Under the pieces are notes generated by a model. The model had not been told where the DNA came from, did no database searches, and worked only from the letters and a program-made list of their open reading frames with translations. A DNA stretch of 64,000 nt from Vulcanimicrobiota bacterium (lineage in GTDB: Bacteria > Vulcanimicrobiota > Vulcanimicrobiia > Eremiobacterales > Eremiobacteraceae), in NCBI GenBank assembly GCA_963805945.1, contig CAWDVP010000006.1, positions 384,001 to 448,000 of the forward strand, written 5' to 3'. Of the stretch, positions 32,387 to 43,137 are shown piece by piece. The first letter of the stretch is position 1. Every line of letters starts with the position of its first letter. The position numbers were made by a program, and so were the translations under genes.

Positions 32387-32956
32387 CTAGGGATTCATGT
32401 AGATGTGCGTGTTCTTCGGCGGCAGCTTCGGGTTGCGCCATTTCGTGCCGTCGGCGAACGTGATGTGCAGCGGAACGCACTGCGGCAGGCCGGTGCCTAG
32501 CGGGAAGGTGCTCTGCGGCACGCCGTACTTGTGCTTGATCTCCGCGTTGGGCGAGAACGTGCCGACGTCTTTGGCCTCGGCCTTGAGGATGCCGTTGGCG
32601 ATGAGGCCGAACTGGACTTCGGTCATGTCTTTATGCGTGATGTTCGTCCAGTCGACGGCCATCTGCGGCTGCGTCGTCGTGTATGTCGGTTGATAGTACA
32701 TCCCACCCCAGGGATCTCCCCAGCGGCCGCCGCCGTAGAAGCCGGGCGCGTAGCCCCCATAGCCGCCGCTCTGCATCACGTTCAGCGACGCGTTGCAGGA
32801 GCTGACTTTGATGAGTTGTGATGCGTGAGGGACAGCCGGCGCCATCGCCGGCGCCGCCATCGCTCCCGGTGTCGGGTTCGCGCTGACGGGCATCGCTGCC
32901 ACGCACACCAGGACCGCGACAAAAGTGAAGAGCGCTACTATGCGCGAGATCTGCAT
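32387..32956 (-). CDS. Hypothetical secreted protein
   Basis: SD GAGGAG before MQISRIVALF; signal peptide; Gly/Tyr-rich segment; two Cys; C-terminal FADGTKWRNP; own terminator. Confidence 0.75.
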   Translation of the reverse strand: MQISRIVALFTFVAVLVCVAAMPVSANPTPGAMAAPAMAPAVPHASQLIKVSSCNASLNVMQSGGYGGYAPGFYGGGRWGDPWGGMYYQPTYTTTQPQMAVDWTNITHKDMTEVQFGLIANGILKAEAKDVGTFSPNAEIKHKYGVPQSTFPLGTGLPQCVPLHITFADGTKWRNPKLPPKNTHIYMNP

Positions 32957-33104
32957 GCAAATATCTCCTCGGTGAGCAGTATAGGATAGAAAAGCCGTTG
33001 GTCTTGTCTTTACGACCGAGTGGTGCAAATCCCGCCAAACGCGCTTTCAAAAACGGCGAACTGCGCATGCTATCGCGGCGTGGGCACCCTTGGCGACCGA
33101 GCGA

Positions 33105-35078
33105 TCAATCAGCGTTCGCCGCATCGATCTCCACCATGATGGCGCCCGCATCGACCCGATCCCCCGGCTTGACGTTCACCGCAAGCACTCGCCCGTCGTA
33201 CGGCGCGGCGACCGCATGCTCCATCTTCATCGCTTCCATGACCACGAGGACCTGACGCGCTGCGACGCGTTCGCCCGGCTTGACCTGCACCTTCACGATC
33301 GTGCCCGTCATCGGCGCGACGGCAGCGGTGGCGCCGCCATGACCGTGCGCGTGCGCGCCCGCGCGGGCGACGTCCTCGAGCGCGTCGAGCGCGAATGCGA
33401 AGCGGACCGGCGGCGTGCCGAAGCTGATCTCAATGCCGCCGGCAGTGCGCCACGCGTGAAATAATGTGACCGTTTCGCCTTCGACGAGTTCGAAAGCCGA
33501 TGCCGCGCCGGTCGCCCGCACCAACGCCTCGCGTCCGCCGCTGCGGCCGCGAAAGCCGCGGCCGTTCCAATCGCGATCGATCTCCAACGCCAGCGAAGCG
33601 GGCGCGACGAAACGCAGCTCGCGCGTCGCCGCACCGTGACGCCACGAGCCGAGCGTCTGCAACGCGCCGGCCGCGGCGATCGCCGCCGCGACGAGCGTGT
33701 CCTGCGCGGGCTGCGCTCCATCCCAATGATGCCGCTCGAGAAAGTCGGTGGCGACGTCGCCTTCGGCGAAGGACGGCTCGCTCGCCAGCCAGCGCAGGAA
33801 CTCGACATTGGAGGCGATGCCCGCCACCGCGCATTCGTCGAGCGCCGCGCGCAGCCGCCCGAGCGCTTCAGCTCGCGTGCGGCCGGACACGATGAGCTTG
33901 GCGAGCATCGGATCGTAGTCACTTGTGACCTCGCTGCCCGCCTCAACGCCGGCGTCGACGCGCACGCCGGGTCCGGACGGCATCGCGAAGCCGAGGATGC
34001 GGCCGCTTGAGGGGAGGGAGCCGTTTGCAGGATCCTCCGCGTAGATGCGCGCCTCGATGGCGTGGCCCCGCGGCACTACGTCGTGCTGTCGCAGCGCCAA
34101 CGGCTCGCCCTGTGCGACGAGGATCTGCTCTCGCACGAGATCGACGCCGGTCACCGCCTCGGTCACCGGATGCTCGACCTGAAGACGCGCGTTGACCTCG
34201 AGGAAATAGAACCCGCCGCTCGCGTCGAGCATGAACTCGACCGTGCCGGCGTTGACGTAGCCGACCGCGCTCGCGAGGCGGATCGCCGCATCGCCGAGCT
34301 GCGCGCGCAGCTCGGGCGGCACCGCGGGCGAGGGCGTCTCCTCCACGATCTTCTGGTGGCGGCGCTGCACCGAACAATCGCGTTCGTTGAGATGGATGCA
34401 TGCGCCGTGCCTGTCCGCCAGGATCTGCACCTCGACGTGCCGCGGCGCCACCAAGTATTTCTCCAAGAACACGGTCTCGTCGCCGAACGCCGCCGCCGCC
34501 TCGCGCCGCGCGCCCGCAAGCGCCTCGTCGAACTCGGCGAGGTCGCGCACGAGGCGCATCCCCTTGCCGCCACCACCGGCAGCCGCCTTGATCATCAGCG
34601 GCGCGCCGATCTTCGCGGCGTGCGCGGCAAGCGCCGTCGGGCTCTGGTCATCTCCCAGATAGCCCGGCACGGTGGCGACGCCGGCGGCGTGCGCCGCCTT
34701 TTTCGCCGCGATCTTGTCGCCGACGGCGCGCATGACGCGCCCGGGAGGCCCGACGAAGACCAGCCCGGCGTCTTCACAAGCGTCGGCAAAGGCCGGGTTC
34801 TCGGAGAGAAATCCGTAGCCGGGATGGATCGCGTCCGCGCGGGCGAGCCGCGCGGCGTCGATGACCGCGTCGATGCGCAGATAGGATTCACGAGCCGGCG
34901 CGGGGCCGATGCGCAGCGCTTCGTCGCACTCCTTGACGTGCAGCGCATCGCGATCCGCATCCGAGTAGACCGCGATCGACGCAATGCCCATGGCGCGGCA
35001 GGTGCGAGCGATCCGCACCGCGATCTCGCCGCGGTTGGCGATGAGCAGCCGCTTGATGCGTGCGCCTATGCGCGCCAC
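33105..35078 (-). CDS. 3-methylcrotonyl-CoA carboxylase alpha subunit (biotin carboxylase plus biotin carrier)
   Basis: LIANRGEIA, HPGYGFLSEN, GGGGKGMR, FLEVNARLQVEH, EAMKM; clustered with leucine-catabolism genes. Confidence 0.9.
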   Translation of the reverse strand: MARIGARIKRLLIANRGEIAVRIARTCRAMGIASIAVYSDADRDALHVKECDEALRIGPAPARESYLRIDAVIDAARLARADAIHPGYGFLSENPAFADACEDAGLVFVGPPGRVMRAVGDKIAAKKAAHAAGVATVPGYLGDDQSPTALAAHAAKIGAPLMIKAAAGGGGKGMRLVRDLAEFDEALAGARREAAAAFGDETVFLEKYLVAPRHVEVQILADRHGACIHLNERDCSVQRRHQKIVEETPSPAVPPELRAQLGDAAIRLASAVGYVNAGTVEFMLDASGGFYFLEVNARLQVEHPVTEAVTGVDLVREQILVAQGEPLALRQHDVVPRGHAIEARIYAEDPANGSLPSSGRILGFAMPSGPGVRVDAGVEAGSEVTSDYDPMLAKLIVSGRTRAEALGRLRAALDECAVAGIASNVEFLRWLASEPSFAEGDVATDFLERHHWDGAQPAQDTLVAAAIAAAGALQTLGSWRHGAATRELRFVAPASLALEIDRDWNGRGFRGRSGGREALVRATGAASAFELVEGETVTLFHAWRTAGGIEISFGTPPVRFAFALDALEDVARAGAHAHGHGGATAAVAPMTGTIVKVQVKPGERVAARQVLVVMEAMKMEHAVAAPYDGRVLAVNVKPGDRVDAGAIMVEIDAANAD

Positions 35079-35845
35079 GAAGGATCGCGCTTTTCGAGGA
35101 ACGCGCGCAGGCCTTCTTGCCCCTCGTCGCTCGTGCGCTGGTTGGCGAGTTTACGGGCGGTCCATGCGGCGACATCGCCTGGCGCCAGCCGCCCGACGTT
35201 GAGCGCGATCTCCTTCGCCACCCGCGTGGCCGACGGCCCGGCGCTCAACACCTCGGCGACGATCGCCGCCACCGCGGCGTCGAGGCCGGCGAGCGGCACG
35301 ACGTCGTGCACCAAACCGATGCGCTGGGCGCGCGCCGCGTCGAACTTCTCACCGGTGGTGAAGAGCGCGCGGGCGTGGGTCTCGCCGATCTTGGCGATGA
35401 CGAACGGCGAGATGACGGCCGGCACGATGCCGAGCTTGACCTCGGTGAAGCCGAAGACAGCATCGTCGGCCGCGACCACGCGATCGCACGCAGCGCACGC
35501 GCCGGCACCCCCGCCCAGCGCGGCTCCCTGCACGCGGGCGATGACCGGCACCGGACAGCTGTTCACCGCGTGCATCATGCCGGCGAGTTTCAACGAGTCG
35601 TCGAGGTTCTGCTCGCGCGTCATGCCGAGGCTCTTCTGCATGTAGCTGACCTCGGCGCCGCCGCAGAACACCGTCCCCTCGCCGGCGAGCACCACCACTC
35701 GCAGCGTCTCATCGGTGTGGAGCTTTTCAAACGTGCTGCGCACAAGCGCGATCATCACGTCGTCAAACGCATTGCGCTTGTCCGGCCGGTTCAAGGTCAC
35801 GCGCGCCACGCCGCCGTCGCGGACGACCGTCACGAAATCTGCCAT
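35066..35845 (-). CDS. Enoyl-CoA hydratase, methylglutaconyl-CoA hydratase-like
   Basis: LNRPDKRNAF, GAALGGGAG, FTEVKLGIVPAVISP, EGQEGLRAFLEKR. Confidence 0.88.
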   Translation of the reverse strand: MADFVTVVRDGGVARVTLNRPDKRNAFDDVMIALVRSTFEKLHTDETLRVVVLAGEGTVFCGGAEVSYMQKSLGMTREQNLDDSLKLAGMMHAVNSCPVPVIARVQGAALGGGAGACAACDRVVAADDAVFGFTEVKLGIVPAVISPFVIAKIGETHARALFTTGEKFDAARAQRIGLVHDVVPLAGLDAAVAAIVAEVLSAGPSATRVAKEIALNVGRLAPGDVAAWTARKLANQRTSDEGQEGLRAFLEKRDPSWRA

Positions 35846-35863
35846 GATCTTCTTCTTCTCCTA

Positions 35864-35888
35864 CGGTCGAATGAATTCGACCGCTACA
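35864..35888 (-). repeat. REP whose TGTAG head supplies the MCC-beta stop codon
   Basis: Minus strand TGTAGCGGTCGAATTCATTCGACCG; TAG at 35886-35884. Confidence 0.85.
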
Positions 35889-37491
35889 TCCTAAAGACGC
35901 CGAACTTCGTCGGCGTGCGCGGCGCGTTCGCCGCCGCCGCGATGCCCAACGCCAGCACCTGGCGCGTATCCGCCGGATCGATGATGCCATCATCCCAAAG
36001 CCGCGCGGTGCTGTAGTAGGGATTGCCTTCGGCCTCGTACCGCTCGAGGATGGGCCGCATGAATTCCTCGCGCTCGGCCGCGGACATGCTCTTGCCCTTC
36101 GCTTCGAGCGCTTCGAGACGCACGGTGAGCAGCACGTTGGCGGCCTGCGGGCCGCCCATCACCGAGATGCGCGCGTTCGGCCACATCCAGAGCTGCCGCG
36201 GCGAATACGCGCGACCGCACATGCCGTAGTTGCCGGCGCCGAACGAACCGCCGATGATCACCGTGAACTTCGGCACTTGCGCGTTGGCGACCGCCATGAC
36301 CAGCTTCGCGCCGTCTTTGGCGATGCCGCCCTCCTCGTATTGCTTGCCCACCATGAAGCCGGTGATGTTCTGCAAGAAGACCAGCGGCACGCCGCGCTGG
36401 CAGCACAGCTCGATGAAGTGGGTCCCTTTGAGCGCGCTTTGCGAGAAGAGGATGCCGTTGTTGGCGAGGATGCCGACCGGCTGGCCTTCGATGTGCGCGA
36501 ATCCGCAGACCAGCGTCTCGCCGTAGAGCGCCTTGAACTCGTGGAACTCGCTCGCGTCGACGAGCCGCGCGATGACTTCGCGCACCTCATACGGCTTGCG
36601 CCAATCGCGCTGGACGACGCCGTACAGCTCCTGTGCGTCGTATTTCGGCGGCCGCGGCTCGCGGACGCGCCACGGCGCGCGCGTGCGGCGGTTGAGATTC
36701 GCGACGATCTCGCGGCAGATCGCCAGCGCATGGCGATCGTCGAGCGCATAGTGGTCGGTGACGCCGGAGATGCGCGCATGCACGTCTGCGCCGCCGAGCT
36801 CCTCGGCGCTCACGATCTCGCCGGTCGCGGCCTTGACGAGCGGCGGGCCGCCGAGAAAGATCGTGCCCTGGCCCTTCACGATGATCGACTCGTCGGACAT
36901 CGCGGGGACATACGCGCCGCCCGCCGTGCACGAGCCCATCACCGCCGCGATCTGCGGGATGCCTTTCGCCGACATCTGCGCCTGGTTGTAGAAGATCCGG
37001 CCGAAGTGCTCGCGGTCGGGGAACACCTGGTCTTGCAGCGGCAAGAACGCGCCGCCCGAGTCGACCAGATAGATGCACGGCAGATGGTTCTGCTCGGCGA
37101 TCTCCTGCGCGCGCAGATGCTTCTTGACGGTGAGCGGGAAGTAGGTGCCGCCCTTGACGGTCGCGTCGTTGGCGACGATCACGCACATCGCGCCCTCGAC
37201 GACGCCCAGGCCGGTCACGATGCCCGCGCTCGGCGCATCGCCGTCGTACATATCCCACGCGGCGAGCGCCGAAAACTCGAGGAACGGCGACTGCGGGTCG
37301 AGCAGCAGGGCGATGCGTTCGCGCACCGGCAGCTTGCCGCGCGCGGTGTGCTTCGCCATCGCCTCGGAGCCGCCGCCCGCGGCGACGTGCGCCTGCCGCT
37401 CGCGCAGCTGCTCGAGCAGCGACACGAAATGCTCGCGATTCTTCGCGAACTCCGGATGCGAGGTATCGACCCGCGATTCTATGACGGCCAT
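35884..37491 (-). CDS. 3-methylcrotonyl-CoA carboxylase beta subunit
   Basis: [49 protein letters not shown]; ends FGVFRM. Confidence 0.93.
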   Translation of the reverse strand: MAVIESRVDTSHPEFAKNREHFVSLLEQLRERQAHVAAGGGSEAMAKHTARGKLPVRERIALLLDPQSPFLEFSALAAWDMYDGDAPSAGIVTGLGVVEGAMCVIVANDATVKGGTYFPLTVKKHLRAQEIAEQNHLPCIYLVDSGGAFLPLQDQVFPDREHFGRIFYNQAQMSAKGIPQIAAVMGSCTAGGAYVPAMSDESIIVKGQGTIFLGGPPLVKAATGEIVSAEELGGADVHARISGVTDHYALDDRHALAICREIVANLNRRTRAPWRVREPRPPKYDAQELYGVVQRDWRKPYEVREVIARLVDASEFHEFKALYGETLVCGFAHIEGQPVGILANNGILFSQSALKGTHFIELCCQRGVPLVFLQNITGFMVGKQYEEGGIAKDGAKLVMAVANAQVPKFTVIIGGSFGAGNYGMCGRAYSPRQLWMWPNARISVMGGPQAANVLLTVRLEALEAKGKSMSAAEREEFMRPILERYEAEGNPYYSTARLWDDGIIDPADTRQVLALGIAAAANAPRTPTKFGVFRM

Positions 37492-37558
37492 CGGGCCACT
37501 CCACTTAACCCATGCAAGGGACGGCGCCTGCTCGGGGCCAACGGACCATAGCACCGCT

Positions 37559-38434
37559 ATGACAAGCGTTTTCGAATGCGTCCCCAACGTCTCCGAAGGA
37601 CGGCGTGCCGACGTGATCCAGGCTATCGCCGCCGCGGCCGCGGGGCCTGACGTCGTCTTGCTCGACACGCAAAGCGATGCCGCCCATAACCGCTCGGTGT
37701 TCACGCTCGTCGGCAGCGGTGACGGAGTGCTCGCCGCAGCGGTCCGTCTGGCCGGCGCCGCGGTCGAGCGCATCGACCTGCGCGCGCATACGGGCGAGCA
37801 TCCGCGCATGGGCGCGGTCGACGTCATCCCCTTCATCCCGATCGGCGCTGCGAGCATGGACGATGCCGTGCAACTCGCACGGCGCTGCGCGGAGCAGCTG
37901 TGGGAGCGCTATCGTCTTCCTTCTTATTACTACGAGTTCGCCGCGACGCGGCCGGAACGTCGCGATCTCGCGAGCGTGCGCAAGGGCCAGTTCGAGGGGC
38001 TGCTGACCGCGGTCAAGGAGCCGGCGCGGCAGCCGGACGTCGGCGATCCCGCGTTGCACGAGAGCGCGGGCATCGTCGCGGTGGGCGCGCGCAATTTCCT
38101 CATCGCCTTCAATGTGGATCTGGCCACGCCCGATCTCGCGCTCGCCGAGCGGCTGGCGCTCGCAGTACGCCGGCGCAGCGGCGGGCTGGCAGGCATCAAG
38201 GCGCTCGGCTTCGCGCTGTCCGAGTCGGTCGTGCAGGTCTCGATGAACGTCGTCGACGTCAACGCCATCCCGCTCTATCGCGTGACCGAGCTCATCCGCC
38301 GTGAGGCCGCGGCCGCCGGTGTCGCGGTGAAGAACTGCGAGTTGGTCGGCCTGTCGCCGCTGGCGGCGATCGCCCAGTCCGCCGCGTACTACCTCCATCT
38401 CGATTCGATCGACAGCCGCTCGATCACGTGGTAG
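37559..38434 (+). CDS. Glutamate formimidoyltransferase
   Basis: [52 protein letters not shown]; directly upstream of hutI. Confidence 0.92.
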   Translation: MTSVFECVPNVSEGRRADVIQAIAAAAAGPDVVLLDTQSDAAHNRSVFTLVGSGDGVLAAAVRLAGAAVERIDLRAHTGEHPRMGAVDVIPFIPIGAASMDDAVQLARRCAEQLWERYRLPSYYYEFAATRPERRDLASVRKGQFEGLLTAVKEPARQPDVGDPALHESAGIVAVGARNFLIAFNVDLATPDLALAERLALAVRRRSGGLAGIKALGFALSESVVQVSMNVVDVNAIPLYRVTELIRREAAAAGVAVKNCELVGLSPLAAIAQSAAYYLHLDSIDSRSITW

Positions 38435-39699
38435 ACGCGCCCGGACCTGGCTCATCCTATATGGTCGTCAATGCGACGCTGGTGACCATGGCCCCGCTAG
38501 CCGCGCGCGCGGACGGCGACGCACAAGTCACCGATGACGATCTCGGCATCGTCGCTGCGGGGACCATCGTGGTGCGCGACGGCATCATCGCCTCCGTCGG
38601 CGAGTTTTTCACGTCTGTAGTGCCCGAGCGAAGCTCGGGTGTGGATGACCTGCTCGTGCACGACGCGGGCGGCCGCGTCGTCATGCCGGGCCTGGTCGAC
38701 GCGCACACGCACGCGCTTTTCGCAGGCGATCGCGTCGCCGACTTCGAGTCGATGGCGCGCGGCGAGAAACCCGCCTTGGGGATCGCGTACACCGTGGAGC
38801 AGACGCGCGCGCTCGATTGCGATGGGCTTGTGGCGCTCGGCCACGCGCGATTGGCGGCGATGCTCGCGCACGGCACCACGACTGCGGAGGTGAAGACCGG
38901 CTACGCGCTCACCGCCACAGGCGAAGCGACGATGCTGCGCGCGCTCGCGCTATTGGACGCCGGTGCCAGCCTGCCGCATATCATCGCCACCTTTTGCGGC
39001 GCACACGCGCTGCCGCCGGAGTTCACCTCCTACGACGCGTTCGTCGACGAACTGGTCGAACGCATCCTCCCTGCGGCCGCGGACACCGGCGTCGCTCGCT
39101 TCGCGGACGCGTTCTGCGAGCAGGGTTACTTCACGCCTGAGCAGAGCCGCCGCTTCCTGGTCGCATGCAAAGCCCGCGGAATGCAACTGCGCCTGCACGC
39201 CGATGAGCTCAGCGCCGGCGGCGGCGCAGCTCTAGCCGCCGAGTTGCGTTGCCTTTCTGCGGACCACCTCAACTACGTCGACGCCGCCGACATCGCGGCG
39301 CTGCGCGCGAGCGGCACGATCGCCGTGCTCTGCCCCGCTACGGCGCAATACCTCGGTCTGCCGCGCTACGCGCCGGCGCGCGATCTGATCGCGGCGGGCG
39401 TTCCGGTGGCCGTCGCCACCGACTTCAATCCCGGCACGTGCCCGTGCTACTCGCTGCAGGAAGCCGCGCACCTCGCACGGCGTCACATGCGCATGAGCGC
39501 GGCAGAAGTGCTCGCCGGCGTCACTGTCAACGCGGCGCGCTCGCTCGATGCCGCCGGCGTCGCAGGCTGTCTCGCGCCCGGCCGTCCAGCCGACATCGTC
39601 ATGCTCGAGACGCGCGATCTGCGCGAGTTCGGCTACTACTTCGGCGTCAACCTGGTGCGCTGGGCGTCGCTCGGCAAGAGGGGACGAAATGTCGCTTGA
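38428..39699 (+). CDS. hutI: Imidazolonepropionase
   Basis: PGLVDAHTH, GTTTAEVKTGY, GAHALP, DAFCE, HADEL, ATDFNPG. Confidence 0.92.
   Translation: MVDAPGPGSSYMVVNATLVTMAPLAARADGDAQVTDDDLGIVAAGTIVVRDGIIASVGEFFTSVVPERSSGVDDLLVHDAGGRVVMPGLVDAHTHALFAGDRVADFESMARGEKPALGIAYTVEQTRALDCDGLVALGHARLAAMLAHGTTTAEVKTGYALTATGEATMLRALALLDAGASLPHIIATFCGAHALPPEFTSYDAFVDELVERILPAAADTGVARFADAFCEQGYFTPEQSRRFLVACKARGMQLRLHADELSAGGGAALAAELRCLSADHLNYVDAADIAALRASGTIAVLCPATAQYLGLPRYAPARDLIAAGVPVAVATDFNPGTCPCYSLQEAAHLARRHMRMSAAEVLAGVTVNAARSLDAAGVAGCLAPGRPADIVMLETRDLREFGYYFGVNLVRWASLGKRGRNVA
38616..38639 (+). repeat. REP inside the hutI coding sequence
   Basis: TGTAGTGCCCGAGCGAAGCTCGGG, translated as (S)VVPERSSG. Confidence 0.8.
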
Positions 39700-40270
39700 G
39701 CTCGTCAACACCATCGCCGCGCTTTCGACGACCGCGGTCATCACCGCGACGGCGGTCGCCGCGCTCGCGCAGCTGCGGCATCTGCGCGCAGGCAATCAGA
39801 TCAGCGGGTTCCTGACGCTGCGCACGATGCTCGATGACGACGCCCACCAGCGTGCGCTCGCGATCCTCCAGCGCGAGGGCGACCTGGCGCAAGACGCAGG
39901 ATTTCGCGCATACGCGGCTGCGGTGTTCGCAGGGACGGCATCGGACCACGAACGATTCCGCGAGCTGCGCGCGGCGGTCTCGATGCTCGGCAACTCCTTC
40001 GAAGTCATGGGGACGCTCGTGCGCAACGGCGTCGTCGATCGACGCATGTTCCTCGAGCAGTACTGCGGGACCATCAGCGGCATGTGGCGGCGGCTCGAGC
40101 ATTACATCGCGATGGAGCGCCAGATCCAGCACGACGACGGGATCTGGGAGGATTTCGAGTACCTCGCCGCGCTCTCCAAAGCATTTCTCATCGAGCATCC
40201 GAGCGTGTATCCGCACGGCTTGGCACGAATGCTGCCGAGCTATCAGGCCGACCCGGCCCCACCGGATTGA
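39689..40270 (+). CDS. Membrane-anchored hypothetical protein, paralog A (possibly DUF4760-like)
   Basis: MSLE + TM helix + QLRHLRAGNQI ... FEVMG ... WEDFEYL ... HPSVYP; shares motifs with five other ORFs in the window. Confidence 0.8.
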   Translation: MSLELVNTIAALSTTAVITATAVAALAQLRHLRAGNQISGFLTLRTMLDDDAHQRALAILQREGDLAQDAGFRAYAAAVFAGTASDHERFRELRAAVSMLGNSFEVMGTLVRNGVVDRRMFLEQYCGTISGMWRRLEHYIAMERQIQHDDGIWEDFEYLAALSKAFLIEHPSVYPHGLARMLPSYQADPAPPD

Positions 40271-40308
40271 AATCGGGGCATTTCGAGGCCCTTTTCCACC
40301 CGCGCTGC

Positions 40309-40333
40309 GTTTGGAATTCGATCTGGAGGGTAT
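40309..40333 (+). promoter_or_regulatory. SigB/SigF-type promoter
   Basis: GTTT-N15-GGGTAT directly upstream of an RsbW-like gene. Confidence 0.6.
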
Positions 40334-40352
40334 TTCCGTGGTGTGAGTGGTG

Positions 40353-40772
40353 ATGCACGCGACGGACCCTAACAGTTTTCACGCCCACTATCCGAGCGCC
40401 TATCGTTCCGCGGTCGAGGCCCGCCACGCGGTCGCCGATTTCGCGATCGATTGCGGCTTCGACCTCGCCGACACCGGCGACATCGCCCTGGCGGTCGGCG
40501 AGGCGTTCAATAACGCGGCCGAACATGGCCACCGCGACGCCGGTCAGATCCTCCTGCGGTGCTCGTTCGACGGCGTCGACCTCGCGGTCACCGTGGCTGA
40601 CAGCGGCTGCGGTTTCGACGTGCGTCATGTCGACCGGGCGCGAGGGGACCGCGGTAAGAGCGACCGTGGCCTTGGGATCTTTCTGATGCAGACGCTGATG
40701 GACAGCGTCGAGTACGACGGCTCCGGCACCGGCACTACGGTTCGGCTCGTCAAACGCCGCCAGCGCGGCTAG
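40353..40772 (+). CDS. Anti-sigma factor-like ATP-binding protein (RsbW/HATPase_c_2)
   Basis: LAVGEAFNNAAEHG, VADSGCGF, RGLGIFLMQTLMD, GTTVRL. Confidence 0.88.
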   Translation: MHATDPNSFHAHYPSAYRSAVEARHAVADFAIDCGFDLADTGDIALAVGEAFNNAAEHGHRDAGQILLRCSFDGVDLAVTVADSGCGFDVRHVDRARGDRGKSDRGLGIFLMQTLMDSVEYDGSGTGTTVRLVKRRQRG

Positions 40773-40781
40773 GCGTCTCCG

Positions 40782-42024
40782 CTACGCGACAAGCGAAGCG
40801 AAGCGCGCTTTGAAGTCCGCTGGCGCCAAGCCTGATGTCCTTGCGAGCTCCTCGAGGCGCGGTGACTCGAAGTCGCCGGGTTCCAGCCGGATCATATACT
40901 TGCGCGCGACCTCATAGGACTCGGTCGCGGTGTCCACGACGCGCACACTGATCCGGCCGGTGCTCGGGTCGATCATGTCCGACAAGGTGACCGGCACGAC
41001 GCGCCCACCGCGCAGCGCGATCATCGCGCCCGAGCCGCCGCCCATGAGGTAGCGGACGGCGCCATAGCCCAGCGTGCGCGTGTACTCGACGTCGAACGCG
41101 ACCGGCTTCGCGCAGCGCAGTTCGTAGCCGATCTCTTTCTTCACCACCGTCGCCGCGAAGCCGAGTCCTTCGAGCCGCTGACGCACGAAGCCGCGCACCG
41201 CGTCGCCGACGTCGAGGTCGCTGATGCGGATGTGGCCGTATTCGATCGCGCGGCACGTTCTTGAGCCCTTCGAGCGCGCGCTCGTCGAGCCGCTCGACCA
41301 CGCCCTCCGCGACGATCGCGACGCCGTGGTCGTGTCCCATCCAGCGCCGCTTGATCATGCTGCCGATGATGATGTCGGCGATCTGCTCGAGCGAGACGTT
41401 CGCGCCCGAGAACTCCTCCGGGATGATCGCCAGCGTGCCGCCGGCCGCCTTGCATATGCCGAGGGCCAGCGCGCCGGACTTGCGGCCCATGCACACGGCC
41501 GCGTACCAGCGCGTCGTGGTCTTGGCGTCCTCCATGAGGCTCTCGACGATGGCTGCGCCCACCGCCCGCGCCGTTTCGAACCCGAAGGTCGGCATGTTCT
41601 CGGGCAGCGGCAGATCATTGTCGATCGTCTTCGGGACCGTCACCACTTTGACGTCGCCGCCTGCGGCTTCCGCTATTTTGGCGGCGCCGTAGGTCGTGTC
41701 GTCGCCGCCGATGCACAACAGGTCCGTGATGCCGAGCGCTGTGAGGCTGCGGACGCAGTTCTTCAGCGACGCCTCATCTTTGGCCGGATTCGTGCGCGAC
41801 GTGCGCAGGATCGAACCGCCGGTCCAATGGATGCGGCTCACGTCGTCGATGTGCAGCTCGACGGCGTGCTTCGCGTCGCCGCCAGCCAGCCATTGAAACC
41901 CGTCATAGATGCCGAGGACGCGACAGCCCTCATTGATCGCTTCGATCGTGGCGGCGGCGATGACGCCGTTGATGCCCGGTGCCGGCCCGCCGCCCACCAA
42001 GATGCCTAAGGTGCGCGTGCTCAT
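40782..42024 (-). CDS. pfp: Pyrophosphate-dependent phosphofructokinase (one +1 frameshift near 41244)
   Basis: GGGPAPGIN, GGSILRTSR, GGDDT and PKTIDND (PPi-type Asp/Lys signature), MGR; GYELRC follows in the next frame. Confidence 0.88.
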
Positions 42025-42028
42025 GGGT

Positions 42029-42571
42029 TCATTCCGTCGCGTCGTTCGTCAGATCCGCCATGCGCGGCACGCTCTTGGGATACGAGCCGGCCGGATGTGC
42101 CCGCATCCACAGCTTTCCTCTTACGGCTATGTATTCGAAATTCTCGTAGACCGATGGACCGTTGACCTCGCGCATGAGCTTGACGCTCGGCCAGACAAGC
42201 TCCCACATCGTCGACACCTGCCAGGACGTGGTGTCCATCAGAGCCGCCTCGTCGATCAATCCGTACTTGAGAAACGATCCGATCTGCTCCCACCAATCGC
42301 ACACGTGCAGTTCAAGATGGACGTGCCGGTCGGCATGGCCGTAGTCAGCGCGGAACTGCGGATCTTTCATCCGCTCGGCGAGGTCACGCCGGACGAAGCT
42401 TATGTACTCTTGCAACTGCGGATCTTTCCATTGTTCCAGGATGGCGAGCAGCGCCGCGAGCTGGTTGCTCGCCCGCAGGTGGCGCAATTGGATCAGTGCC
42501 GCGATCGCAGTGGTGGAGATCACAGCGAGCGTGCCGATAGCCGCGAATGCGGTGAGCGCCTCGTAGCTCAT
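42029..42571 (-). CDS. Membrane-anchored hypothetical protein, paralog B
   Basis: MSYEAL + TM + QLRHLRASNQL ... WEQIG ... YENFEYIA ... HPAGSYP; ATGA overlap with paralog C. Confidence 0.82.
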   Translation of the reverse strand: MSYEALTAFAAIGTLAVISTTAIAALIQLRHLRASNQLAALLAILEQWKDPQLQEYISFVRRDLAERMKDPQFRADYGHADRHVHLELHVCDWWEQIGSFLKYGLIDEAALMDTTSWQVSTMWELVWPSVKLMREVNGPSVYENFEYIAVRGKLWMRAHPAGSYPKSVPRMADLTNDATE

Positions 42572-43137
42572 CCGGAGCCGTCGCCGCGTGCCATGAGATC
42601 GCGGGCCTTGAGCTGCGCCATGCGCGGCACGTTCGCCGGGTAATAGCCGTCCGGATGGTGCGACATCCAAAGCTTCGCCCGCACGGCGATGAACTCGAAG
42701 TTCTCGAAGGCAGCCGGACCGAACTGCTCTCGCATCGATCCGATAGCCGGTTCCAGGTCATCCCATGAGCGCACCACTTGCGGCGCGGCGATGTCGAGCC
42801 ACGACTGCTCGTCGATCAATGCGTACTTGGTGAACGACCCGATCTGCTCCCAATAGTCGGCGACCAACAGCTCCGGGTGATCTGCCCGCGAGACGCCGCG
42901 CTCCTGGAATTGCGCCAGGAACTTCGGGTCTTTGAACTTCTCCTGCAGGACGCCGCGCACGTATTGGATGTGGTTTTGCATATCGGGCGTATCCCACATC
43001 TGCATCAGCGTCAGCAGCACGTTGAGCTGGTTGCCGGAGCGCAAGTGGCGCAGCTGGACGACCGCGGCGATCGCCGTCGCGGCGATGACCGCGAAGGTCG
43101 CGCCCGCGAAGATCGTGTTCCAGAGCTCAAGGGACAT
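42568..43137 (-). CDS. Membrane-anchored hypothetical protein, paralog C
   Basis: MSLE + TM + QLRHLRSGNQL ... WEQIG ... FENFEFIA ... HPDGYYP. Confidence 0.82.
   Translation of the reverse strand: MSLELWNTIFAGATFAVIAATAIAAVVQLRHLRSGNQLNVLLTLMQMWDTPDMQNHIQYVRGVLQEKFKDPKFLAQFQERGVSRADHPELLVADYWEQIGSFTKYALIDEQSWLDIAAPQVVRSWDDLEPAIGSMREQFGPAAFENFEFIAVRAKLWMSHHPDGYYPANVPRMAQLKARDLMARGDGSG

Noticed and set aside
33024..33040. Sigma54 promoter-like TGGCGGGATTTGCA on the minus strand
   Set aside because: GG-to-GC spacing is 8 nt, not the required 10.
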